Shown piece after piece: positions 1-12,700 of a stretch of 64,000 nucleotides of DNA. A program made the translations under genes and the position numbers. The DNA is taken from contig NMRA01000956.1 in assembly GCA_002633005.1 (NCBI GenBank), positions 1-64,000 of the forward strand. The letters run 5' to 3'. The notes beneath the pieces are model-generated. The model saw only the letters and a list, made by a program, of their open reading frames with translations. It did no database searches and had not been told where the DNA came from. The DNA is from Phoronis australis (Eukaryota; Animalia; Phoronida). How positions within the stretch are numbered: the stretch's first letter is position 1; each line of letters opens with the position of its first letter.

Positions 1-348
1 TAAACGTTACAAAGCTATATATCCTATATATAGTAATGTACATAATAACGTCACACGAAAATAGATGAACTTCGTATCGGATGAGCATGCACTGACAGAG
101 CTACTAGTACACTAATACACTATTGACTACAGCCCGAAAGCCGGGGTCCATTCCCACCGTAGTCAGTTTCAATCTCCGCAAACCGGCAAAATGGCAAAAA
201 CCCACTGAAAAGGCGTCAAAAACATGCATTATTGCATTATCTTACCACTACAAGTCCTACACAAAAATACTACGATTGAAAACCAGTGAAATTTGGACTT
301 TGTTATAACTGAATACCAACCAACTTCACACCTTCAACTTCCACTCAC

Positions 349-375
349 CAGCAGACTTGCAATGTAAATGTTCAT
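349..375 (-). CDS. Probable first coding exon (MNIYIASLL) of an unidentified divergent gene running out of the window
   Basis: caaaaATG start context followed after 27 nt by the strong donor CTG|GTGAGT; no homology recognised. Confidence 0.45.
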
Positions 376-686
376 TTTTGTAAGAAAAACTTAGAACAAT
401 GATTTGCCGTCATTAACATAAAATAAGAATCCAAATTAAATACATTTTTGAAATTTTTCAATTTAGAGTTATTTCAAAATCACAGTTTGAGTGATCTTTT
501 ATATTTGTCAGCATTAAACTTAAAAACATTTACATGGCATTTTTAACACATTGTTGTGCGCAAGCGTCAAACGTAGACATTTCCTGTTTTTATTTTGCCA
601 GCGATTCACTTTTAATTTCTGTACCATAAATAGCTGTATTTACGATGTGATGATTATTGCACTGCTGTGAGAAGCTGCAGGGAGAA

Positions 687-731
687 ATGTTTCGGAAATT
701 CACTACCATCCTTAACCAGGCGGTTGAGGCG
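687..731 (+). CDS. FHIP2A: FHIP2 coding exon 1 ([15 protein letters not shown])
   Basis: ATG at 687, donor GTGAGT at 732. Confidence 0.92.
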
Positions 732-3700
732 GTGAGTTCAAATTTGTGTTTTTCTCCAACCAAATTGCGAACTCGTTGGACGTCGACGTCGTCGCAAATC
801 AACAACCATCTGCGGGTTACGTGTTACAACTGAAGCACGTGGTTACACTAGCTTTACTCGTGAGATTTCTTGTGTTATAGCAGTCCAGTACCAGGGTGAG
901 ATCCGTGGCGTAGACGCAAGAATCTTGCAAGTTTAATCATTAATGCAAGTAAAGCTAGACTCTATAGGCCATCTTGCGTCTAGGGATTTCAGTACTGGGC
1001 TTAGGCAATGACCATCGCCTCTGTTGGACCGAACCAGAGGCGATGCAGAGGCTATAGGCGCTCTGTATGCCGGAAGCTTTTCGGCGAATTATACCTCGCA
1101 CCGACTAAACCATCAAAGTCACGTTGTTATAAATACCTTTGCGCATAGAGGAACACCTTAGGAGGTTGTCGATGTGTTTAATTCCTTCCAACTCAAACAA
1201 ATACTCCCGTTATCAAACTTTTTCTTCGAGCAGTCCCAATTTCAGTTCCCAAAATCGTGAAATCAAAATTTTCATTTTTTTTTTAACCAGGCCGAAGGTC
1301 AGAAGTTGCGATCCTACCGGCGAACTTTGAAAGCTGAAGTTCCCGCCGTTTGCGTACGTGCTGCTGGGAACCAGCCGTGCATTTGCCGTGTTGTTAAACA
1401 TTAAAATGTAAAATATGTGCACAAAGACTATTAAATGTCATATCAACAGCATTTATTTTTATCAAATACAAACAATAATTCATTGAAATACAAAAAGTTT
1501 CAAGTAACGCCAATTAAAGACAAGTATAAGTGGTGGCATTTTGGAAACGAACATTTGACTGACAAGACCGCAATGGCTCACCTTTGGCCTATTTAAANTT
1601 TTGGAAACGAACATTTGACTGACAAGACCGCAATGGCTCACCTTTGGCCTATTTAAAAATTGAGGTGATGAAGTCACATCACCAAGCGAGCCCGGTAAAA
1701 ATCGTGGAGCGTGCGCAGTACAAAAATTTTGATTTCACGATTTTGGGAACTGAAATAGGGACTGCTCGAAGAAAAAATTTGATAACGGGAGTATTTGTTC
1801 GATTTGGAAGGAATTAAACACATCGACAACCTCCTAAGGTGTTCCTCTATGCGCAAAAGGTATTTATAACAACGGGACTTTGATGGTTTAGTCGGTGCGA
1901 GGCATAATTCGCCGAAAAGCTTCCGGCGTACAGAGCGCCTATAGCCTCTGCATCGCCTCTGGTTCGGGCCAACAGAGGCGATGGTCATTGCCTATACTGG
2001 GCTATGTTTTGTATGGTTGGATAAAGCGGTACCTGATTTTGAGAACCCGGTAATCACTGAATAGCCCGTTCAGTGGATGAAACTATTTCTCAAAGTCAGG
2101 TACCGCTATATCAGACCAGTGCCATTACGAAAACCCTACTCCACACAAGACATGGCTTTCAGTCATTACTTTGTCATCCACTACCGCACTAGTACCAAGA
2201 CTTGAACCCAGAATCAAGTGTCCAAATCGCCCATTGTTTTGGCAAGTGATCTTACCTGGACTTCCCTTGTCTCTCATTCCCTTTCCTCAGAACAGACGCA
2301 CCTCATCACCACCTCTCAGCAACAGTTACACTTCTAGACAGTGCCACCCTCTGAACTGGGACAGCGCAGTTGACACAGAAGGTGATCATCCCATACGGCC
2401 ACCATACACCAAAAATGTTTTGGTATATAAATGGTGTACCTTTTGAGCATAGAGGATCGACACCTTGAGGTTGTTGATGTCTTTAATTCCTTCAAAGACT
2501 TTAGCAGATACATTTTTCCAGTTACATTGGAATACTTGCATAGATTTGTTTGAATAAAAAATAAGTATAAGTACCTTAAATGAAATAAAATTTGGATTAA
2601 CTGTTTTTCAACTTGCTTCAGCTGGCCCCATCAACTCCACTGCAGGAGGATTTTATTTATCACTGGAAAGCCATCACAAACTACTTCCTGGATAACAAAG
2701 GTGAGGTGTCTTGGTTTGTGAAATCTGCTTGCTGGTAAAATCTTGGAGCTTAAGTCACATTTCACCCTGTTTAGGCCTTTTGCTCTCATAAAAATTGTCT
2801 CGTTATGTAATTTACTTTACAACAGGTGGCTGGTGACATTAGAATGTGTTAACTCCTTGGTTGGCTTGGCCAAAAATGAGTCATGCACTCAAAGGATTTA
2901 TGTGCTTGTGCTCTCGAGTTCCAAATAGTTGTAGAGACAACAGCAATAATAGTATAGACCGGAAAATTTCACGATTTCTAATAATAGTTGAGACTCTAAT
3001 AATATTATAGACTGAAAAACTAGAAAAGTAAAATAATAGTATAGACCGAAAATTGGCAGAAAAATTAATAACAGTATAGAATGGAATAATGGTATAGACG
3101 GAAAATTTGTGAAAATTTAAACATAGTATAGACTGGAATAATAATATTCATTACAAATTTGGGTAAAATCTAATAATGATATAGAAGGGAATAATAGTGC
3201 AAACAGCAAATTCTAGGGAATAATGGTATTGTCGGGAAATTTGTGGAAAATTAAAAATAGTATAGACTGGAATAATAACATTGATAACAAATTTGCATAA
3301 AATCTAGTAATGGTAGATGGAAATAATAGGAAATGCAAAATCTAATAATGATATAGATGGGAGTAATAGGGCAAAGAAGCAAATTCTGTCTGACTTACCA
3401 CCACTTTAAGTAATTGTTTCAAAGAAAAACCTTTAAACTGAACATTAGCATCGTTAAATTATTGCAGTGGTGTATCCACCCATGCCATAACATAGTACAG
3501 TGAAGTGTAATAAAAGTGTCATTGCTAAAACAAAGACCATTTGTTTATTCAATGACTTTAAATGGAAGTCTATACAGACGTGTTTCAAACAGTATATGGA
3601 ATCATTTTACTCAAAAAAGAATGTGACGTTCATTCTAGAGATGCCAATGGCGACTAAGTCCAAAAACTATAACACCGAGCTAAAGATTTCAGCAGCAACG

Positions 3701-6700
3701 TCCAGTCTTCCATGAAGCCGACAGTCTGAATGAAGACTAATAGTGTCTTGGTAAAACGAGTCACATTTTATCATACACAGTCATGTTCCTAACTGTCAAG
3801 CCTTTGATTTCTCTCAATCTCATGTAAATACCCTCGTAATGTTTGTCAGAATTCGACGTCAAAAAATCGGCACATCCAAAATTTTACACGGCCAGAAATT
3901 GCAGAATTGGCCAACATACAAGTCCACGACCACGACTATGTCCACCATCTTGAATATCTAATTAGGTATAATAAACAAACCGATTCACGTGCGATTCATT
4001 TATTTGGACGGAGAGCAAGTACAAATCAATTTCAATAAAGATATCAACTGGATTGTCGAACGTAAGCAACTATGACATTTTCAAGATTGTCATAAATCCA
4101 TTATTGCTGTTCATAAAAGCAATCTATTCTCAAGTTTGGAGCGAATTGTAAAAATGCTGATAGAGCAATGTCCGATGATTGTCACGTCGGCAACTTGTTG
4201 GTACTCTGTGAATTGAAAGTTCCGGCACCGTTCATTAATTGCACGGGTATTTGCGCTTCGTTGACTGGCCGCATTATCACCACGGTCTGTATCTGTACCT
4301 GGGTTATTTGTCGTACCAGCATCTGAATCAATGTCTGTATGTGGAACATCTCTCAGTTTGTAAAATAATCCTCGAGTTCTTTAGGCCTTTGCGCGGCAGT
4401 CGACATGAGTAAGTATGTAGAATGCGCATGTCAATCATGGAAACGGCAGATGACACTTGCTGTGCAAAATCTCGGAATTACTCCCCCCCGCAAATGTCAG
4501 GGACATACACAGTGAAGAGTTGTAACGGCTTGCCAGTTTTTCACAGGGTGCAATCATAAATATTGGATCAGCCAAAAAAACTCGGCGAAAGTGTTTTTTT
4601 TTCACATGTATGTTGAGCTGCCGGTAACACCGATCTGTGTCATGGGGCGCGCGGAGTATTGAAAAATGCGCTAAGAAAGCACTCTTTGTGCACTATATTT
4701 CTCATTTCTGAAATTACTGATGGCCTATTTCTTTGAACGACTGTCGACCAGCCGTTAATATTGAGAAAGTGGTCATCATTTTAAGCTTTTTTAAATTTTT
4801 CCAACAAAATCTGACCGATTGTGTCGAACCTGTCCAAAATAACAACATTCTGGCTGTCCAACAGATGGCCGCTGCATAAACCCTTGCTTGGGAGTCTGCT
4901 TTGAAACGTACAGTAGTATATTTTAGCGAATAAAATCTTTTAATGTGTATGACATGCGACTTCTGTGTGTAAGGTGGAGTCGTATATATTGCTCTTCTAA
5001 ATTACAAACGTTGAACTGATTGTCACTAAGTCCAGAGGTTTAGAGCGAATTCACTTCGTCTTGGGACCAAGGTACAATACCTGGTGTTAGTAGCAAAGTT
5101 TTTGTGTACCGAATTTGTATGGAATGAAACAAAACTTGTGAACTTGTTGTAACCAAATAATCGTGGAGTGCAGAAAAAAGTTATGAAATTAATAAACGTA
5201 GAGACCTGAATAAGCGTCGTATAGACCGAAAAACGAGTCTGGAATAAATAATGGTATAGATACGGCTATTTGGAACTCGAGAGTAATGTAAGTGAAAAGT
5301 GATCCGTAAATTATACTCCCACTTCGAAGCTTGCAAAACTTGTTGCCTGCAAGTTTATATTCTTTGTTCAATTGTGTTTTATAGTGGATGAAAATCAGCT
5401 TGTCAATGAGCTGACCAATGTTCCTGAGCATGTGATGTTCTTATTAGTTTATCAACTCTCCTCTTGTAGTTGAGGGACTCATTGAGCAGTCCAAAATTCC
5501 AGGATCTGAAGTTTTTGACATACAGGTTTATTATGGTACCACTGTTTGTCATTTTTCCTCATAGTCTAGATGAAAACTGGCTAATGCAGAAGACAAAGGC
5601 TCCATAGTCTAGGTGAAAACTGGCTAATGCAGAAGACAAAGGCTCCATAGTCTAGGTGAAAATTGGCTAATTCAGAAGACAAAGGCTCCATAGTCTAGGT
5701 GAAAACTGGCTAATACAGAAGACAAGGCTCCTCATAGTCTAGGTGTAAACTGGATAATGCAGAAGACAAAGGCTCCTTAGTCTAGATGAAAACTGGCTAA
5801 TTCAGAAGACAAAGGCTCCTCATAGTCTAGGTGTAAACTGGATAATGCAGAAGACAAAGGCTCCTTAGCATCTAAAGCTTATTACTGTCTTGGCTCTCAG
5901 TCATCTTGTTGTAGGTGTAAAGCATTCAGTCATCTTGTTGTAGGTGTAAAGCATTCAGTCATCTTGTTGTAGGTGTAAAGCATTCAGTCATCTTGTTGTA
6001 GGTGTAAAGCATTCGTGTTCATGTGTGTTTCTTGTCGTAGATGAAAAGCGTCCCATCGAACAGACCAACATTCCTGAACATCTGGCACAGATGGTGAACA
6101 TCCTGGTGGAAGAAGAGCACAGTGGGGAGACTGGTAGTACAGGACCATGCATGGAATACATGCTGCATCATAAGCTGCTGGACACCCTGTACACACTGGG
6201 CCGCACTGATGTAGGTACCTAGGCAACTGTAGCGTTGATGCCAGTAGTTTCTTGCAGCGTCTATGCTGGATTAATTGTGTAAAAGATTTTTAGAGGGTTA
6301 TACTTACAAACTACTTTTACGCTAAACAGAATGATGAAATTCCCATTATTTGGAACAGTTAGAGTTTAAAATTTTAAAGGACCATTGTTTTTATGGACGA
6401 AAAACCCATTGTTGAGATTATTGTTGAATTAACACTTTTTGAAGTTTTTAGTTTTGACCAGAGCTACAAAACAATACAATCCGTTGTGTTGTTGTGATTT
6501 TAGTACAAATCACCAATTCTTGCAGTTGTCTGAGAGACATTCATAGCCATTGATTCTGGTGACTCTGACAGATAAATACGCTAATAAGTACTCCTGACAG
6601 GCGTTTAGTGGTTTGGGTTTAGCAGAGCACTTTAAGTTAATTACTGCTGTGTCAATTTTGCGTTGGGGCTGATTTTGGAAAACGATTTCTCTCACCGACA

Positions 6701-9700
6701 ATGTAACTTTAAGTCTACATTGTACATTTTACTACTCTCCGACGATTTATAGCTACATTTTAAGTTAGTTATGCTCCAATCTGTATCTTCCAGTAATTAT
6801 TTTTCTGTGCACCTGGGTATGCTGTGCATTCATTCTTTAATTTGAGTCGTATTCATGACGTTTAAGTATTATTGATTATTTTTCGTGTGTGCCATATAGT
6901 GAAGTAGTTTTCATTGTTTTCACCCGTAGCGAAACCTAAACACATACACCGTAATTGGGATGAAACCTTCCTGAAAACCACGTAAGATGTCTGTGCCATC
7001 TGGCAATAAGACACAAACCTTAATGTGCACTTTACAGCCACTGGAGGTGGAACAAATTTTTACAGTCAGTCTTCTTTACAAAATGCATAAATACCTGTGC
7101 AACTTTCACTGTCTATGCCTTATTGCAGTGTCCCCCCGGGATGAAACAGCAGGTTCTGGTCTTCTTCACTCAGCTACTGTCCAAGATAAGTCAGCCGCTG
7201 CTGCCCCATGTTAATGTGCACAAGTCTGTTCAGGTGGGGTACTCTTTAATAAATTAAATGTAACGGAGTGTTTTGACGTAAAGCTGCTCTTAAGTCAATG
7301 TGATTAGATAGTGACAACATGATATACTTCTGAGCCGTGTTTTTACCTGTGTAGGGATAACACCGCAATGTATCAATGAGTTAACAAAGAAGACCCTTAA
7401 GTGTTCTTCAGTTTTACTGAGTTGTCATAGTTTTCTTTTTTTATATTGAATCATGTTCAAATTTTACGTGATCCTTTGATAGTCTTAGATTAATCATTTT
7501 GACTGGAACAGGAAGGCTATTTGTAACTTTAAATGTTTGTTAGCTGCACTCCAGCATTCTTTCACGCTTTCTTCTGCTCATCTCTGACTTGTTACTTTCT
7601 CTCTCACAGAGGTTCATCAAAGTCTGTGGTGAAGTGAAGGCCGCCCCCACCGAAGCTGAAGAAATACAGTTCCTACTGACTGTCTGCTCCAAACTGAGGC
7701 AGGATCCGTATCTAGTCAACTTCTTCCTTGATGTGAGCTTGTGCTTTGTTTTTGGCCGCATAGTTGAAATTTTTGTGTGCCTGGAGCAAGTTTTAAAAGG
7801 ATGTCATAACTCAACAATATTTTCTTAGAGTCTAAACGGAGACTTACGACCAGTCGTAAGTTTTGGCGTAAAACTCCGAAAAAATGTGAGAAAGTTACGA
7901 CATTAGTGATGTCATAGTCAAACATTTTTTTCATTCTTTCAACATTTTTGTCACATTTATCCCTCATTTATCTTATAATTGGGTCTCTTTGGATAATAGT
8001 CATATTTAACGGGCCTGCCTGCATTTTGAGAATTAGTTTTCTCCACTGAATAACGGACATGAAACTGTTTCTCAAAATGTTGGCACGTTATATCCGATTA
8101 TTGTTTCTTTTTGAGATCTCTTTAATACCATGTGGTCACGATAAAAATGTCACCCTGCCTCAGGGCTTTATAATATGTGACTTTGCTATTCTCTCAAAAC
8201 TTGCATCCTACTGTATTTGTGAAACATGGCAAAAAATTTCCTGTCATCCACTAGACTTACTAGTGTATTTCACTGAGAATCTGACTAAATGGTATTCCTG
8301 TTTTCCTGATGATTGGATTATCTCCCCTGGATGTTGTTGTCAAGAAGCAGACAGTTATAAAATGAGTGAAATGAAAGTTTAGTGACTGTTTATTTCATTG
8401 TTACAGGGTGCAAAATCGCGGCAGCAAGTGAATCAGCCCAACCAGAAAACTCAATCCACTGCGAAGGATGACAGGCGGTTTGTTTTGCTGGAGTCCCTAT
8501 TGTCTCTGTGCCATAGTGCTGTAAGTAATATTTTATGCCCTCCCAGTGTTAAAGCCCTCTCTCTCTCAGAATTTACATTCTTGGCAGCGAAATATCTGAA
8601 CAAATCCTGCTTGTTGGCACTACAGATAGCGCTGATTGGTTTTAACCATTTGAGTTTTGGTTATCGAAATTACCGACTGCGCAATGATTGGCCGCTGCCT
8701 TGACATCATTAAAACAAAATTAAGGCAAATTATTTTCACAGACCTTGTGGCTACGGTTCATGAAGCAGAAGGCATAGTTCTGATTATTGTCTGAAATAAA
8801 GATTTTTCACCTACTTATTTTCAGTTCTTTTTTATTAATTGAAATTAGAAATTAATCTGTTTTCAAATCAAAAGGCATCATTTTTGGAATAATTTAGACC
8901 CAAATTGCTGCAGTATACCGTTAGTTATCATTTTTATATAAACCTAAATTTCAAAATTATATTACTTGTGATGTTCCGGCGATTTCTGTAAAAATGTTAG
9001 TACACCACTATTGGTCATGGTGCATTTTGGCATATAAACAACAAACAGATTTCAGGCTTCAGAAATAATAACACATTGTCTGTTTTTCTTCAAGCTCATA
9101 AATTGCTCTAAATGTAAGTGAGGCACTTGTCCAGCTTTGTAGCAATGGCTGATCTTGTTCAAGAGTTACTTAATATTTTGACTTTAAAAATTGCCAGAAG
9201 TTGTTGAGCTCTCAAATCTTTTGCTGCATGAATGGTGTTTTTACCTTCAGCTTACATTCATAATTCAATATTCCAGCCCTACAGACCCATCATTTCAGTA
9301 TTGGCTATTTCAGCCTTGTTTAAAGTACACCGTTGTTATTGCTTGCCATTGCCCACTGTGTAGCATAGCTTTGCATTTTTGCCACAGTCTAGTTCAGTGT
9401 TCCCTCAAATCATTTCCTCAAGTTTGTACTTTACCGTTTTTATTTTGACAGGATGGTCGAGTTGGTGTCAAGGCCTGCGAGGGCCTCATGTTGTGTGCAA
9501 GTCTTCCCGAGGATAGCTGTGCTGATGGTATGCATTTTGTGAAGTTAGCTGTGTTTGACTCTTGGTGGAATAGATTATTTTCAGGTTTCAAATTTGGTCA
9601 ACACAACCACATGTCTTAGGTTGCATCTAGACTGAGCAATGTGTGACCATTTACAGTTTGGGGTTTGGCTGCAGGAAATGAGAAATGAATGATTTCAAAA

Positions 9701-12700
9701 TCTAATGCCTAGTTTACCTTGTTTCCTTATGCAAAATTGGTTGAATACACGACAGTTTTCGTTATTAAAGATGTTTATCTTTATTCCTTTCCATATGTAT
9801 TATCAAAGCAAATTTTGGCACTCAACAGAACATTTGTAAAGCAACTGACCAAGAGACATGATTAAAAGACACACAATATCTCAAAACACACTTGTTTCAT
9901 TCTCAAGTGGAAATAAAAGGACGCAGTAATACCACTACAGCGCTAAAGCTGCAGACGTACACAGTGGGACACAGAAGGTGTGAAATACTGCAAAGAATGA
10001 CAAATGAATGTTTCCTTAATATAACATCTTTGCATATTTTAGTGATTCGAACTCAGCCAGGTATAGAATCTTGTTTTCTTGTTATCAACTGATGGCTGTC
10101 AGGCAATTAGGTTTTTTAAGAACAATTTTGTGTGCCTGAGTTACACGTGTGAACTTTGTGCCCATCACAACAGCCAAGATTTCTCCCAAGACAAAAAGCG
10201 CCACTTTGAGTTCCATAACCTCTATATGGATCACGATTGTGTGTTTCATTTACTTACACACAGTGAATATCTGGAGAGTCAAGTTTGTGAGCTTGTTATC
10301 CTGCAGAGTAATTGGACTGAAATACTTGAGTGCTGGTCTTTCCCAGTTTATTTACAATTACTTGCCACGGGAGAAAACTTGCCTGTCATTAAATTGCACT
10401 ATTGTCGCAAGGGTTCACAACAATTTTAACTTGCACTGAATTGCACATGTATGCCAGTTCGAGGTCTGCTACGTAGCTCTGTCTAATAGTGGACTTTGAT
10501 TCTTGTGTGAACCATGGATTTGTTTTTGTTATGCGGAATAAAAACTATATTATGATCTTTGGTACTTGAGGCATTTTAAGGGTTGTGAAATGTGAAGAAT
10601 GTAAACCAAAAATCATTGTTTGCTTTGTTTTCCAGCTATTCTAAATAGAACAGCATTTTGCAAAGAAATAACTAACTGGTTGAACATGGCTTATGACCGG
10701 TTACCGAAAATGATGGACCCATCTGACATTGAAGGAGTTGATGCAAAATGGGGGTAAGATTTTAGAACTGTCTTAACAGAAGATTGACTTGTGCAATTTA
10801 CAAGCATGTGTTGAAAGGCTCAGACTAACTGCACCATTGAAAATATAGCAATACATTGTATGGTGGTTGACAACATTGAAAATGTAGCAATGCATTGTGT
10901 GGTGGTTGAGAACATTGAAAATATAGCAATTTATTGCATGGGGGAACAAATGAAAATCTCTGTTCCAAGTTTAGTTGACTTTTGGCCAGAAGAAACTCTC
11001 AGCGTTTTATGTAAAACTACTCTACATTTTTTCGCATTCTGAGACTGTTCATGTTACACTATTTTACGATTTCTGTTTTCCTTTCCTAGACTGGATGTTG
11101 TGACCGCTCGAGAAGACCGCACATCCTTCCCCGGCCGACGTCAGCTTGTCTCATTCATCTCACTTCTTGACTACTGTGACCAGCTCATTCATGTGTCTCA
11201 TCCGCATGTGGGCACCAGTCTATCCCGCTCAATTCGGGATAACTTCCTCGTTCCCGTTGTTCAGCCATGTTTGTTACACGCGTAGGTATTTCACATATGA
11301 GTGATAATGCTTTTCATTCTGGATTATATTTTGGTAATCCGTGTTCACAAGTTAAATCCTAAGCATGTGTTTACTGGGAACACCGTTGTACCAAGTGAAA
11401 GCAATCGTATGAAGTTGCACAGTGCCAATTTCTGAAATCACGTCTATACAATGTATGCGAATATATCTAGTTTGACTGATATGTCTATTGTGCAAAGTTG
11501 GACTCTCCTGTTTTGACTTACTTTTGTGTTTTCTTACTTACAACTGTGTGTTTATTGTTTCTATGAATTAGTTCACTCTAATGCTTTTATGTATTCATTC
11601 GTTTATTTGAATCTTCACATGGCACTTGTCATGTCTTGTCTTGTGTTCTACAGCCAGCTAAACATTTTATCAATTAATGGTGTGTGAACTAAGTTTAACC
11701 TTATTTTGTATAATATGTTTTTTTGCAAAGCACCTTGTCATTTTCATGTCTGTCAGCTAAGTTGCACAGCGGAAGCACTGACGTCTTATTCAGCTAATGA
11801 GATCCTTGCCACTGTTACAGTACAGATCAGTTATAACAAATTTTGTCATGAAAGCGATTTCCATGTCGCAGTGTTAAAATCACCACCTTTCTTTGCAGGC
11901 TTTACTCTTATGAAGGTACAGCCATCTGACACAGTCTTATCCTTTGGCTGAATAACAATATATCCCCTCAAATTCCTGTGACGGCCAGATTTCCTTGGGA
12001 ACTGAATTCAACCAACATAACGAGCAAAACGTTGAGGATCTGGTCTCAAGCAATACTATAATGACCTTCTGATTCTTATCAATTCCAGACAGGAATGAGG
12101 CGAGGTCGTTTTTATCACCAGTAAATGGCCCAAATATTTTTTTTTAACAGAAGGCGCCGGTTTAATGTCTGTTGGACTTGATAATTATTATTATTATTAT
12201 TATTGTTATTATTCCTGTGTTCTGTTGCAGTGCTGAAGGTGTAGCCATCACTGCTACAGCCCACCTCATTCGCTGTCTACGAGTCATCTCTTCAACAGCT
12301 CTGGTGCACGAGTTTGAGACCTTCATCCTCGGGGAGGGCACAGAGGCAGAGACCCCTGGTGCTGAAGATCAACATCTCCGGCGCAAGATACTTGACCGGT
12401 GCAATCATTTATCGGAAGAGGTAAGCTGGTTTAGGTATGACGAGCCAGTGATAGAAGTTGTGTATATACTGAGGTGTGTATGATAGAAGTTGTGTATGTG
12501 CTGAGGTGTGTATGATAGAAGTTGTGTATATGCTGAGGTGTGTATGATAGAAGTTGTGTATATGCTGAGGTGTGTATGATAGAAGTTGTGTATATGCTGA
12601 GGTGTGTATGATAGAAGTTGTGTATATGCTGAGGTGTGTATGATAGAAGTTGTGTATATGCTGAGGTGTGTATGAGTAATTAAGGAAAAGTTTAGGTCAG

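Noticed and set aside
1539-1657. 59-bp direct duplication around the N at 1598
   Set aside because: Exact duplicate on both sides of a single N, typical of an unmerged contig overlap rather than biology.
1139-1988. Paired ORFs with the shared peptide [17 protein letters not shown]
   Set aside because: Just the two TIRs of the foldback element read on opposite strands; no recognisable domain.
3776-4513. Old MITE-like segment in FHIP2 intron 2
   Set aside because: Terminal inverted match is too degenerate to define boundaries by eye.
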